A stretch of DNA of 64,000 bases. It comes from a virus. Location of the stretch: positions 1-64,000 of IMG/VR virus record IMGVR_UViG_3300042542_003555, one strand, 5' to 3'. The notes beneath the pieces were generated by a model. That model ran no database searches and had not been told where the DNA came from. It was given only the letters and a program-made list of their open reading frames with translations. A program made the translations under genes and the position numbers. Positions 26,757 to 35,530 of this stretch are shown here, piece by piece; the first letter of the stretch is position 1, and each line of letters begins with the position of its first letter.

Positions 26757-27151
26757 TATCTATTAGTCGTTCTTTTAATTTCATCATCTTTCATGTGCCA
26801 AGGAACAGTAACTTTTCTTTCCGAATGAGTTTTCATATGATTATGTAGATATGCACTTCTTGCTGCTAAACCGAATGTAGCATGATGCGTAAATCCATCT
26901 TTATCTTTTTTGGTTGAGGCAATCTGAACATTTTTGTTTTCCCAACCATCATATGATTTGGTTTTAATTCTATATCGCAAGTGTCCAGAACCACCATGTG
27001 CAAGATCATGGTTCATTAATATTCCATGTTCTTTGCTTTTTTGGATTTGTTTGTGTGCAGTTTTTGGTATATGTTTAGCCAAATCGGAACTTGACATCCA
27101 TTCAGATGTGTGTTCTTCAGATTCTTTAATATACTTTATAAAACTATTCAT
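26756..27151 (-). CDS. His/Lys-rich putative internal head protein
   Basis: N-terminus MNSFIKYIKE (capsid-targeting-like); 13 His in 131 aa. Confidence 0.6.
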   Translation of the reverse strand: MNSFIKYIKESEEHTSEWMSSSDLAKHIPKTAHKQIQKSKEHGILMNHDLAHGGSGHLRYRIKTKSYDGWENKNVQIASTKKDKDGFTHHATFGLAARSAYLHNHMKTHSERKVTVPWHMKDDEIKRTTNR

Positions 27152-27152
27152 T

Positions 27153-27794
27153 TTATGCTTTTGTTGTGGTTATCTTCACATGTCCTGTTTCTGGATCATG
27201 ACTAACATGATGTGCATGAAACTCCACATCTGGATGATCATCTTTTAATTTTAAAAAATGATGTAGATTTGCATGGGAATCATCATAGAGGTGTACTTTT
27301 TTATATCCATGTTTCCTAATTAAGTCACCAATAACTCTATGTTTTGCTTCTGCTGGTGAAGGAGCACCTACGTTACCAGCACGATGTACATGTATCTGAT
27401 GTGGATCAATACCGTGGTTTCTTAATGTTTTCATAAAACCGTGTTTATCATCCATATCTGAACGAGCGGTTACAATCCTAACATTTTTATTATTCCTATG
27501 TATAGCTCTCAATTTATTAATCATTTTATGAATAGGATGAGCAGACCTTTGAAATACTTTGTGTGATTTAAAATCACCATAGTCATAACTGTGACCATGT
27601 TTCAACTTATGGTCATTATATTCTGTGTTAGTCAAAGACTGAACTCTTTTACCGTGCTGATCTTTAACGTGAACTTTTAGTTTAGAATGGTCGTGGTGAA
27701 ACAAGACTTCATCCATATCAAATGCATGAAGTGTTTTAGACTTAGGATCTTTTCTTTCTTGAACTTCTTCTCTTAAATGTTTGAAGTATTTCAT
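27153..27794 (-). CDS. His-rich HAD-superfamily phosphatase-like protein, possibly virion-packaged
   Basis: HAD motif I AFDMDEVL, motif II IVTAR, motif III K, motif IV YDDS..NL; N-terminus MKYFKHLREE. Confidence 0.75.
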   Translation of the reverse strand: MKYFKHLREEVQERKDPKSKTLHAFDMDEVLFHHDHSKLKVHVKDQHGKRVQSLTNTEYNDHKLKHGHSYDYGDFKSHKVFQRSAHPIHKMINKLRAIHRNNKNVRIVTARSDMDDKHGFMKTLRNHGIDPHQIHVHRAGNVGAPSPAEAKHRVIGDLIRKHGYKKVHLYDDSHANLHHFLKLKDDHPDVEFHAHHVSHDPETGHVKITTTKA

Positions 27795-28222
27795 TCCTTA
27801 CCTTTTAACATTTTATTTAAATCTGCTGTACTACCAACAAATATGGCTTTGTCTATTTTAGTGCTTGTTTGTGGTTCTTTTCCTGATGCTCTTTGTATTT
27901 CACGCATCTGTTTCTGTAGCATAATTAACTTTTCGTTTGCATCTGCTACGTTCTTAATCATAGTAGCAGCAACTTCAAATGCTCTTGGATGCTCAGATTC
28001 TCTGGCAATCTCAAGAATAGAATCAATGGCATCAACTCCTTTATTGATAATTTCTTCATAGTTTTGACGAACTTTGTCATAATCTTTTTCTAGATCATCT
28101 TCTAATTTTATCTCAATCTTGTCTATAGGTTTTTTTTCCTTTACCACAACGGCAGTAGACTGAACTTCTTCTGTCGGTTCTATTTCAAAGATTTCACTCA
28201 TATTTTTTTCAAACTTAGTCAC
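27791..28222 (-). CDS. gp16: terminase small subunit gp16
   Basis: DY..VR.N, A.ESEHPRAFEV, IFVGST.DL.K.L. Confidence 0.92.
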   Translation of the reverse strand: MTKFEKNMSEIFEIEPTEEVQSTAVVVKEKKPIDKIEIKLEDDLEKDYDKVRQNYEEIINKGVDAIDSILEIARESEHPRAFEVAATMIKNVADANEKLIMLQKQMREIQRASGKEPQTSTKIDKAIFVGSTADLNKMLKGKE

Positions 28223-29219
28223 TGTGATACTCCGTTATGGTAGTTTCAATGGTATATGTTGAATTTGAAGTAGCATTTGCTGGATTAACATATGAATGAA
28301 TTTTTACCATCATATTGTTGGCGTTTGCACTGTCAAATGAAGCTAAATTATATTCAGCAAAAGAATCTAAACCAATTATTTCAGTATTAGTTTTAAATAT
28401 TCCGTTTATGTCAGTAACCAACATTTTATTTGTTGTGTTGCTATATGACAATACGGTTGCTGTTGCTCTGGCAGTATCAAGAGAATATCCTTGATATACA
28501 AGCTCACCTATCTTAAATTTTCCAAATCCCGTAGGACTTATATTGAATAGTGCTTTTCCATTCTGTTCAAAATAATCTAAATTCATTATATTCGTATTTG
28601 CACTCTTGATAATCTTACCTTCTGAATATGATCCATATACAAAAGCTTTAGCTGTAAAATTTAAAGTCCAAATAACAATTCTAGCATCAGAATCTTGTAA
28701 GCCTTCATATTCAATATCATAGTTGACTGAATTTAAAGTAACAGGCACTTCTTTAATTACACCCATTGTGGGCACAAGGTTTAACTTGATTGTATACTCT
28801 GGTGTAAAAAATGGAAGAATATGCTCAATAATTTGAGTACCATCTTCTATGTTTCTCACATAGATGTATAATGAAAAATCAAAATTGTAAGGAACAGGAT
28901 TATATACTGTCAGTTTTGTATTGGGTGAACCTGAAGCAGCAGAAATTTTTTGATTTGTTACTTGTTTTCTTGAAGTATCATATGTCATACTCAACAAGTC
29001 AAACGACATTCTTGGTAATGTAATTTGAACTTTTTTATTTAAATCTGGATCACCCAGTAAACGAGCAACATACTTTTCTTTTGGAGAATAGATAATAGGC
29101 ACCTTGACTGTTCTATCTTCGGTGCCATCTGCTCTATATCTAGTTAAGGAAATGTTATCAAACAAACTTCCAAAACCAACTACAAGTTTACGAATGATTC
29201 TGTGATAAGTTGCTGACAT
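28215..29219 (-). CDS. gp15: tail sheath stabiliser/terminator gp15
   Basis: YH..IRK.VV.FG.LF, VPI.Y.PKEK, LPRMSF, PVPYN, QI.E.ILPFF.P. Confidence 0.93.
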   Translation of the reverse strand: MSATYHRIIRKLVVGFGSLFDNISLTRYRADGTEDRTVKVPIIYSPKEKYVARLLGDPDLNKKVQITLPRMSFDLLSMTYDTSRKQVTNQKISAASGSPNTKLTVYNPVPYNFDFSLYIYVRNIEDGTQIIEHILPFFTPEYTIKLNLVPTMGVIKEVPVTLNSVNYDIEYEGLQDSDARIVIWTLNFTAKAFVYGSYSEGKIIKSANTNIMNLDYFEQNGKALFNISPTGFGKFKIGELVYQGYSLDTARATATVLSYSNTTNKMLVTDINGIFKTNTEIIGLDSFAEYNLASFDSANANNMMVKIHSYVNPANATSNSTYTIETTITEYHSD

Positions 29220-30106
29220 TATATGTTACCAAAAGGATTAGATTCTGAAAAATCAATGATTGAACTGCTTTCTGTGCCAATTATTTTATTATCATAATCT
29301 GCATAGTATTCTGAATGTTCGTAGATATTTGTAGATGCAAGAATTCCGCTTGCATTTGATGTCGCTCCTCTTGCTGAATCTCCCACTGCAAATGTTCCTA
29401 CGATTGTATTGATATCTACATTAGCTGTAACTGAATTATAGTTAGCAATAATACCTGTCGCCTCTGCGTTTACTAACATATTATTTGGAGAAACGAATAT
29501 AGTTTCCCCAATCACAAATGTACCTGATACGCCAGTCAAAGTAAATCTCTGTGCATACGCTTCTTGTTGCTGTACGATATCAATATCTGGTATACCAGTA
29601 TCGATAGTTTCATGAGAATACTTGAACTTCTCTAATTCTAATTCATAAAAATATGGAACTCTACGACCAAGCATTGCCATGTCCATATCTTGATTAACAA
29701 ATTTGATTTCATACAATTCACCAACACCATTCAATGGTGGTATGTAAATTAAATCGCCGTCTCTTGGTCTATCATAGTCTGGATCAACAGGTACTCTTTG
29801 CAGAAAACTTCTTTTGGATACTACCACAGTCATATGGTTTTTAATTTCAAGACCAAATTTACTGAAAAAGTCTTTATCGCCTTTATAATCCATTACATTG
29901 CTAGGGTATAGCTCAATTGGATATGCTGTTGTGAACTTCTTGAGAGGGTCCTCGCCGTATAAAATATCTCTTGCTGAATCATTGATGTTGGGAATATAAT
30001 AACAGCCTACACCCATGATTTTGATTGATTCCACAATCAAATCTTCTACCAAACGTTGTTCGGTATATTTGGCGTTATAATTATTGAAATAATGATTAGT
30101 TGGCAT
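29219..30106 (-). CDS. gp14: neck protein gp14
   Basis: EQ.L.EDL..ESI, FSKFGLEI, RP..GDLIY.P, DFSE.NPFG. Confidence 0.93.
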   Translation of the reverse strand: MPTNHYFNNYNAKYTEQRLVEDLIVESIKIMGVGCYYIPNINDSARDILYGEDPLKKFTTAYPIELYPSNVMDYKGDKDFFSKFGLEIKNHMTVVVSKRSFLQRVPVDPDYDRPRDGDLIYIPPLNGVGELYEIKFVNQDMDMAMLGRRVPYFYELELEKFKYSHETIDTGIPDIDIVQQQEAYAQRFTLTGVSGTFVIGETIFVSPNNMLVNAEATGIIANYNSVTANVDINTIVGTFAVGDSARGATSNASGILASTNIYEHSEYYADYDNKIIGTESSSIIDFSESNPFGNI

Positions 30107-30107
30107 T

Positions 30108-30887
30108 TTAATTCAAGTAGAATTCTAATGGAGCACCATAGGAGTTTTCCATTTCTTCTTCTAGCTGTTTTATTTCTTCAATGGCATCATTGTAAATATT
30201 ATCGCCATTAAGAGTAACTCCACCTAATAACTGAACGCCTTGAAACTTTTTGAGGTTGTCTCCCCAATTACGTTTGATTAATGCTGTAGCATATCTTTTG
30301 AGCCAACGATCATCCCAGACAGCACTATAGACATCTGGATTAATTAATGCGTAACATTCAGCAACAACTATGGTTCCTACACCTGCTTGCCTTGCGCCCC
30401 ATGCCCAGTCAATAAACAATTTGTGCATGTGTCTTTGAAAGCGAATAGGAACTTCTCCGGTAAATAATAATTCCAAAGAACGCAAATGCTGCATTGTCAT
30501 TGTGTAGTTAATGTATGATGCTGAAGTGAAGTCATATAATTCATTCAAACGTAACTGATAACGCAGGTCAAACATATTGACTGTTGCTTGAGAATCTTGA
30601 ATTGGAAATATACGAGTTACACCAACAATGTTTAATGAATTGTTTGCCGCATCCTTAGTGACCGACGGACTCATATCAATATAACGTTGATTGATATCTT
30701 GTTGAGTTACTGCTTTGATGTAATACACTTTTTGCAGGCCGTCAAAATGATAGTCTTGCCAATATTGCAAGGCATCATCAATTCTATCTTCTACCTGTTC
30801 GTCATCAATGTTAATGTCAATAACAGGAAATCCTAGTCGGCGTAGACAGTAATCTTTAAATTCTTGTCTATTTGTAATTGACGCCAT
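30108..30887 (-). CDS. gp13: neck protein gp13
   Basis: YCLRRLG.PVI.IN.D.EQ..DRID.ALQ, WLKRYATALIK..WG.NL.KF. Confidence 0.94.
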   Translation of the reverse strand: MASITNRQEFKDYCLRRLGFPVIDINIDDEQVEDRIDDALQYWQDYHFDGLQKVYYIKAVTQQDINQRYIDMSPSVTKDAANNSLNIVGVTRIFPIQDSQATVNMFDLRYQLRLNELYDFTSASYINYTMTMQHLRSLELLFTGEVPIRFQRHMHKLFIDWAWGARQAGVGTIVVAECYALINPDVYSAVWDDRWLKRYATALIKRNWGDNLKKFQGVQLLGGVTLNGDNIYNDAIEEIKQLEEEMENSYGAPLEFYLN

Positions 30888-30916
30888 TTTTTCTCCAATT
30901 TATGTTATGGTATTAT

Positions 30917-31336
30917 TTATTCCCAAGGCTTTTGTGGCCATACCACATTATAAGGAAATCCTTCTTGATCTGGAACATCAAGAAGTTCTTGTCTATAGGT
31001 TGCAAGTTGTGCTTTGTATTCTTCAGTATATGATGCCCAGCGTAAAGGATTATTTACAATATTGTCAAGTTCAACTAAAAGAACATTTCTATCATGCCTT
31101 GCTTGTTGTATTTTTTCATCATATGGTATATCTTCCCATTCTGCTACTGTGCCAAATTCTCCAGCTTTTGCTCTTTCAAAAATATCTCTTCCATGTTCCA
31201 TTTCGTCCCAAGGAGTAGCAGTGAATGGAAAATCTTCATCTACTCCTTCAAATCTTGCTATAACATCTATGCTGGTTTTTTCTAAACTGGTCCACTTTGG
31301 ATCCCTTGCTGATAATAATTTTAACATATTAAGCAA
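30917..31336 (-). CDS. tail fibre assembly chaperone (Tfa-like)
   Basis: PFTA.P.D...HGR.IF..A..GEFG and YRQ.L.DVP.Q.GFP..V.WP.KP. Confidence 0.75.
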   Translation of the reverse strand: MLNMLKLLSARDPKWTSLEKTSIDVIARFEGVDEDFPFTATPWDEMEHGRDIFERAKAGEFGTVAEWEDIPYDEKIQQARHDRNVLLVELDNIVNNPLRWASYTEEYKAQLATYRQELLDVPDQEGFPYNVVWPQKPWE

Positions 31337-32618
31337 CCCTTACAAACATTGAATGTTTAACTAATGATGTTGTTTGTGTTACCGTTCCTACTGGTTTCCA
31401 AGTACCCGATGGTGTAGCACCAGCGGCTTGTGTAGAAACCTGTGTGGCATTAAGTGCTCCAGCACTTCCCCAAAATCTTAAACCTGATCCTGCTTGGTTA
31501 GTACCTGCCGTAATGGCTGTCGTTGAAGCGGCACCATAACCAAGATATGCGTATGAACCTAATTGTCCTGCCGCAACTTGTCCCGCATACCAAGATGACC
31601 AGGAACCGTTGTACAAATTTGTTGGTGTGGATTTTCTGAAATAACCATCATTTGAACTGTTTACGACAATCACATCACCTACAGTTGGGTTTTCTGCCGC
31701 AGCCGTGTTGCTGTTTATGTAGTTTACAAACAAATATCCATTGACATCAGTTCTTGGAATATTACTTGCACCCGGAACAGCACCAGCAGTAGGTAATGGT
31801 AACCCTGCCCAATAAGTAGCATTATTTGCAGTACCAGAAAACGAAGTAGCAGAAAGAGCACCTGTGCTTGGATTGAAACTATAGTTAGCATGAGTGTGAA
31901 CTGTTTCCGACGCTGCGGTAGCATTGTTTGCATCTACAAAAGTAGGAAAATAACTAGTGTTAGTCTGTATTCCTCGTGTATTAATATTCGTAGGTACTGT
32001 GTTTGCTTGACCGTAAGCAGCAGTTGCTAAATTGACTCCAGCATTTGCTGAATTAAATGCAGCTTGAGCCAATGGTATTGCAGATGTGCTTTGTGTTGTT
32101 GTATCACCAAAAGTTAACGAACCTACAGTTAATGTTCCTGTACTTGGATTAAAACTTAATCCTGTACTATCTGTGTTTACTATACTTAAACTTCCACCGG
32201 TTCCTTGAGCAAGTAAAGGATATCTTGTTGCATTAGTTGTAGTATCATCAATGATTGTTGGATAAACACCAGTGAATACTGGAGTGCCAGCATAGGTAAT
32301 TACTTCAAATGCTACGTTATCTCCTAAAGTAGCAGGAGAAGTTAATGTTATGCTAGATGTTGATGTCTCTGAAAAGTCAACAACATTATTTTGTCTGACA
32401 CCGTTGATAAACACACGGATCTGATTTTGTCCTTGTACATAATTTGGAACAGTAAATAAAGTTTGTCCTGATGTTGCAGTTGTTTGTCTAACACTATTGT
32501 TTGCAACCGTTCCTTGAACATCATATGCTTTCCAACCAGCAGTACCATAAATCCATGATTTGGTATTTGTTGAAAATATTTGATTTAATGTAGGGTTTGA
32601 AGGAAAATCAATTGGCAT
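31329..32618 (-). CDS. tail fibre protein
   Basis: N-terminal DFPSNPTLNQ motif, ATSGQT.F...VFINGV.Q domain, A..AY.QAN coil, C-terminal tip ending FVRVA. Confidence 0.75.
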   Translation of the reverse strand: MPIDFPSNPTLNQIFSTNTKSWIYGTAGWKAYDVQGTVANNSVRQTTATSGQTLFTVPNYVQGQNQIRVFINGVRQNNVVDFSETSTSSITLTSPATLGDNVAFEVITYAGTPVFTGVYPTIIDDTTTNATRYPLLAQGTGGSLSIVNTDSTGLSFNPSTGTLTVGSLTFGDTTTQSTSAIPLAQAAFNSANAGVNLATAAYGQANTVPTNINTRGIQTNTSYFPTFVDANNATAASETVHTHANYSFNPSTGALSATSFSGTANNATYWAGLPLPTAGAVPGASNIPRTDVNGYLFVNYINSNTAAAENPTVGDVIVVNSSNDGYFRKSTPTNLYNGSWSSWYAGQVAAGQLGSYAYLGYGAASTTAITAGTNQAGSGLRFWGSAGALNATQVSTQAAGATPSGTWKPVGTVTQTTSLVKHSMFVRVA

Positions 32619-34923
32619 TTAATTTACCTCTTAGTTCATCAATTTGTTTTTGTTGTTCTTTGATTGCCTCAATTAACAGTCCTATCATGTTTTGATACAT
32701 TACAGATTTTCCATCGTTAGATTCAACTACCAAATATGGTAATGTCTTTTCTACTTCTTGAGCAATTACACCCATACTCTTTTGACCGTTGTCTTTCCAG
32801 TTATACTCAACACCTCTTAGCTGTTTAATAGTATCAATAGGATTTTGAATCGTTGAAATATTTGTTTTTAGTTTTTCATCTGACGTTGAAGTAATAACTG
32901 TAGATGATAGTGTTCCTGTTGATGGAACATAAGTTAGTTTGGTACTTGAAACATCTACATCTGATAGTGTTCCTGATATTGTAGCAGAAAATAATGGATA
33001 ATGTGTTGTAGAATTTGCAGTTTCATTCGTGATTGTTGCACCTACTGGTCCTGCAAGTTGTGCATTTGTAATCAATCCAGTAATCTGTGTGTTGGCAATG
33101 CGTAGTGCTGTTTGTGCAGCCCAGATAGGAACACCACCAACTCCAGCCATTAACAACTGACCCTGCGTACCGACAGAAGTAAATGTGGTATTACCTACTG
33201 CTGCTTGATATAAAATAGCATTTGCAGAACCACCACCAACTGATGCTGATGTTGCAGAGGTACTAAAGTCTACCCACTGTGAAGAATTACCATCATTGAT
33301 GTATGTGTACATTGTACCGTCATTACTATCTACCCATCTATCACCAACTGTGTTTCCTGATGCTGGTGGTGATGTATCGTATGTCAATGCACCACTACCT
33401 CCACCACCTCCAGATGCAGTAGAGTTGATTGTAATAGTTCTTGTAGTAGTACACGCAGAGATACTGATATTATTACCAGCAGTAATTGTCAATGTGTCTG
33501 CATTACTATTTGGTGTTATGTTGACACTGTTTGCTGCAATTGTGGTAAATCCTGTCTGTACCGCAGCATTCGCCTCATTATATGCTGCTTGAGCAAATGT
33601 GTTAACACTAGTGATATTGGTATTCTGTAGAGTGTTTACTGCTTGTAATGCTACAGTATTACCAGAAGCATTATTAGCTTGACCGTAAGCAGCAGTTGCT
33701 AGAGTCACGCCAGCATTAGCAGAATTAAATGCTGAACCCGCTAAAGTGTTTATGCTAGTGATATTAGTATTTTGAGCAGTATTAACCGCTTGTAATGCCA
33801 CAGTATTACCAGAAGCATTATTAGCTTGACCGTAAGCAGCAGTTGCTAGAGTCACGCCAGCATTAGCAGAATTAAATGCTGAACCAGCAAAGGTATTAAC
33901 ACTAGTAATATTGGTATTTGTGGTTGTCATCTGTGACTGTAGAGCCACAGTATTACCAGAAGCATTATTAGCTTGACCGTAAGCAGCAGTTGCTAGAGTC
34001 ACACCGGCGTTTGCAGAGTTCCAAGCATTGGTCATCGTGCTGAAAACATCTAATCCATTTACTGTAGCACGGGTAGAAATTAAATTAGCTTTAACTACAT
34101 TTGCATATAGGTTTGCATAAGCAAAGGTTGGATTAGCAATATTAATTAAAGTATTACTTAATACTTGCTGTGTATATCCTTCAAATAATATCCATTCTTT
34201 TTGAATAGGATCTCTGAAGAAACCAGTATGTGTTTCACCTGAAGGTCCTCCATAATTTCCAACAAAACCAATATCTAAAGCATCAGTTGTGATATTACCA
34301 TTTGCTAAAAAGATTAATGAATCGGTGATTGATAAGTCATTGGTAGTAATAGTTGTTGAGTTACCTAGTACAATTAAGTTTCCTTCAACTACTAAATTAT
34401 TTTGTATAGTTACATTACCTGTTATTGTTCCACCGGTAGTGTTAAATTTCAGGTTTGCTGTATTGTATGCTGCTTGAGCAAATGTATTTGTTGAAGCAAT
34501 CCAATTATTTTGTGTATTGTTAATTGCGCCTTCAGCATTAGCTTTACCATATGCTGATGTTGCTAGTGCATCTGTGTATCCAATATTTGTATTGGTAGTT
34601 GTCATCTGTGCCTGTAAGGCTACAGTATTACCAGAAGCAGTATTAGCAGCATCAAATGCCGCTTGCGCTAAAACACCAGAGTTTGCTGTATTATATGCTG
34701 CTTGTGCAAAAGTGTTGATGCTAATAATTGCAGTGTTTTGAGTTTGATTAATTACATTTTGAGTATTAGCTTCACCATAGGCTGCTCTTGCTAAAGTATC
34801 AGCACCAAGAATTATAGCATCGATTGATTGAATATCCCATGCGTACCCATTCCATACCCAGGTTTTTGTACCAACGGTATAGACTTGATTTAATGTAGGT
34901 GATGATGGAAAATTAATTGGCAT
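32608..34923 (-). CDS. tail fibre with C-terminal peptidase S74 intramolecular chaperone
   Basis: SDEKLKTNI...LRGVEYNW...GVIAQEVE..LP.LV...Y....LLIEAIKE; many AQAAYNTAN repeats; TGATG overlap with the upstream gene. Confidence 0.85.
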   Translation of the reverse strand: MPINFPSSPTLNQVYTVGTKTWVWNGYAWDIQSIDAIILGADTLARAAYGEANTQNVINQTQNTAIISINTFAQAAYNTANSGVLAQAAFDAANTASGNTVALQAQMTTTNTNIGYTDALATSAYGKANAEGAINNTQNNWIASTNTFAQAAYNTANLKFNTTGGTITGNVTIQNNLVVEGNLIVLGNSTTITTNDLSITDSLIFLANGNITTDALDIGFVGNYGGPSGETHTGFFRDPIQKEWILFEGYTQQVLSNTLINIANPTFAYANLYANVVKANLISTRATVNGLDVFSTMTNAWNSANAGVTLATAAYGQANNASGNTVALQSQMTTTNTNITSVNTFAGSAFNSANAGVTLATAAYGQANNASGNTVALQAVNTAQNTNITSINTLAGSAFNSANAGVTLATAAYGQANNASGNTVALQAVNTLQNTNITSVNTFAQAAYNEANAAVQTGFTTIAANSVNITPNSNADTLTITAGNNISISACTTTRTITINSTASGGGGGSGALTYDTSPPASGNTVGDRWVDSNDGTMYTYINDGNSSQWVDFSTSATSASVGGGSANAILYQAAVGNTTFTSVGTQGQLLMAGVGGVPIWAAQTALRIANTQITGLITNAQLAGPVGATITNETANSTTHYPLFSATISGTLSDVDVSSTKLTYVPSTGTLSSTVITSTSDEKLKTNISTIQNPIDTIKQLRGVEYNWKDNGQKSMGVIAQEVEKTLPYLVVESNDGKSVMYQNMIGLLIEAIKEQQKQIDELRGKLNAN
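33600..34040. repeat. three tandem 147-nt (49-aa) coding repeats
   Basis: ACAGTATTACCAGAAGCATTATTAGCTTGACCGTAAGCAGCAGTTGCTAGAGTCAC starts at 33653, 33800 and 33947. Confidence 0.9.
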
Positions 34924-35222
34924 CAAATTGCCTCAAGTTCTGTAACAGGTATGTTTTGTCTTGCCACCGCTGCGATCTCAGCCGCAACCCTGTCTTTCTC
35001 GGCCTGCCACACTGTGATTACTTGTTGAAACTGATCGAACGATGTAATTTCTTCGTTGCCTGTCATTTTTTTAGTAACAGGGTCTTTGCGTTCAATTTCT
35101 CCATATGTATCATACCATTGCACTGCGTGAATAGTGACATCCATGAAAGACAAATCTAGATTACCATAACCTTCACCATCTACGGAAACACTGTTGTCAT
35201 CGGGCAGAATAGTTACTCTCAT
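34923..35222 (-). CDS. hypothetical fibre-associated protein
   Basis: MRVTI...D..V.VDG...IHAVQW....GEIE; translationally coupled to neighbours. Confidence 0.7.
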   Translation of the reverse strand: MRVTILPDDNSVSVDGEGYGNLDLSFMDVTIHAVQWYDTYGEIERKDPVTKKMTGNEEITSFDQFQQVITVWQAEKDRVAAEIAAVARQNIPVTELEAI

Positions 35223-35530
35223 TGTTTTGCTCCTATTAAAACTTGTTGTGCCGGATGGACACCTGCCGCAGCAAGTAATACTTGTTGGCCAACTTCGTTA
35301 GCCTTAACCATTTCATTGCGGAATGATTCTACTGCTGCTCCTGTCTGCCGTTGTTGTTGGCTATTTTCTATCATAAGCATAGGCATCCACGCCATAGAAC
35401 AAGCCCACTCATCGACTTCTTTGCCTGTGTTTGGATTCGTGCCACGCACTTGAGTAAACCATGCACAATCAAGTTGTCTACAAGGGTTAAAATTGTCCAG
35501 TGGACATCCATTTTTAGGTTTTAATTCCAT
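35219..35530 (-). CDS. hypothetical Cys-containing fibre-associated protein
   Basis: CPL....C....CAW....G.NP.TG.....W.C, then AAVESFRNEMV. Confidence 0.7.
   Translation of the reverse strand: MELKPKNGCPLDNFNPCRQLDCAWFTQVRGTNPNTGKEVDEWACSMAWMPMLMIENSQQQRQTGAAVESFRNEMVKANEVGQQVLLAAAGVHPAQQVLIGAKQ

Noticed and set aside
33600-34040. CRISPR array
   Set aside because: In-frame 147-nt coding repeats without unique spacers; no cas genes
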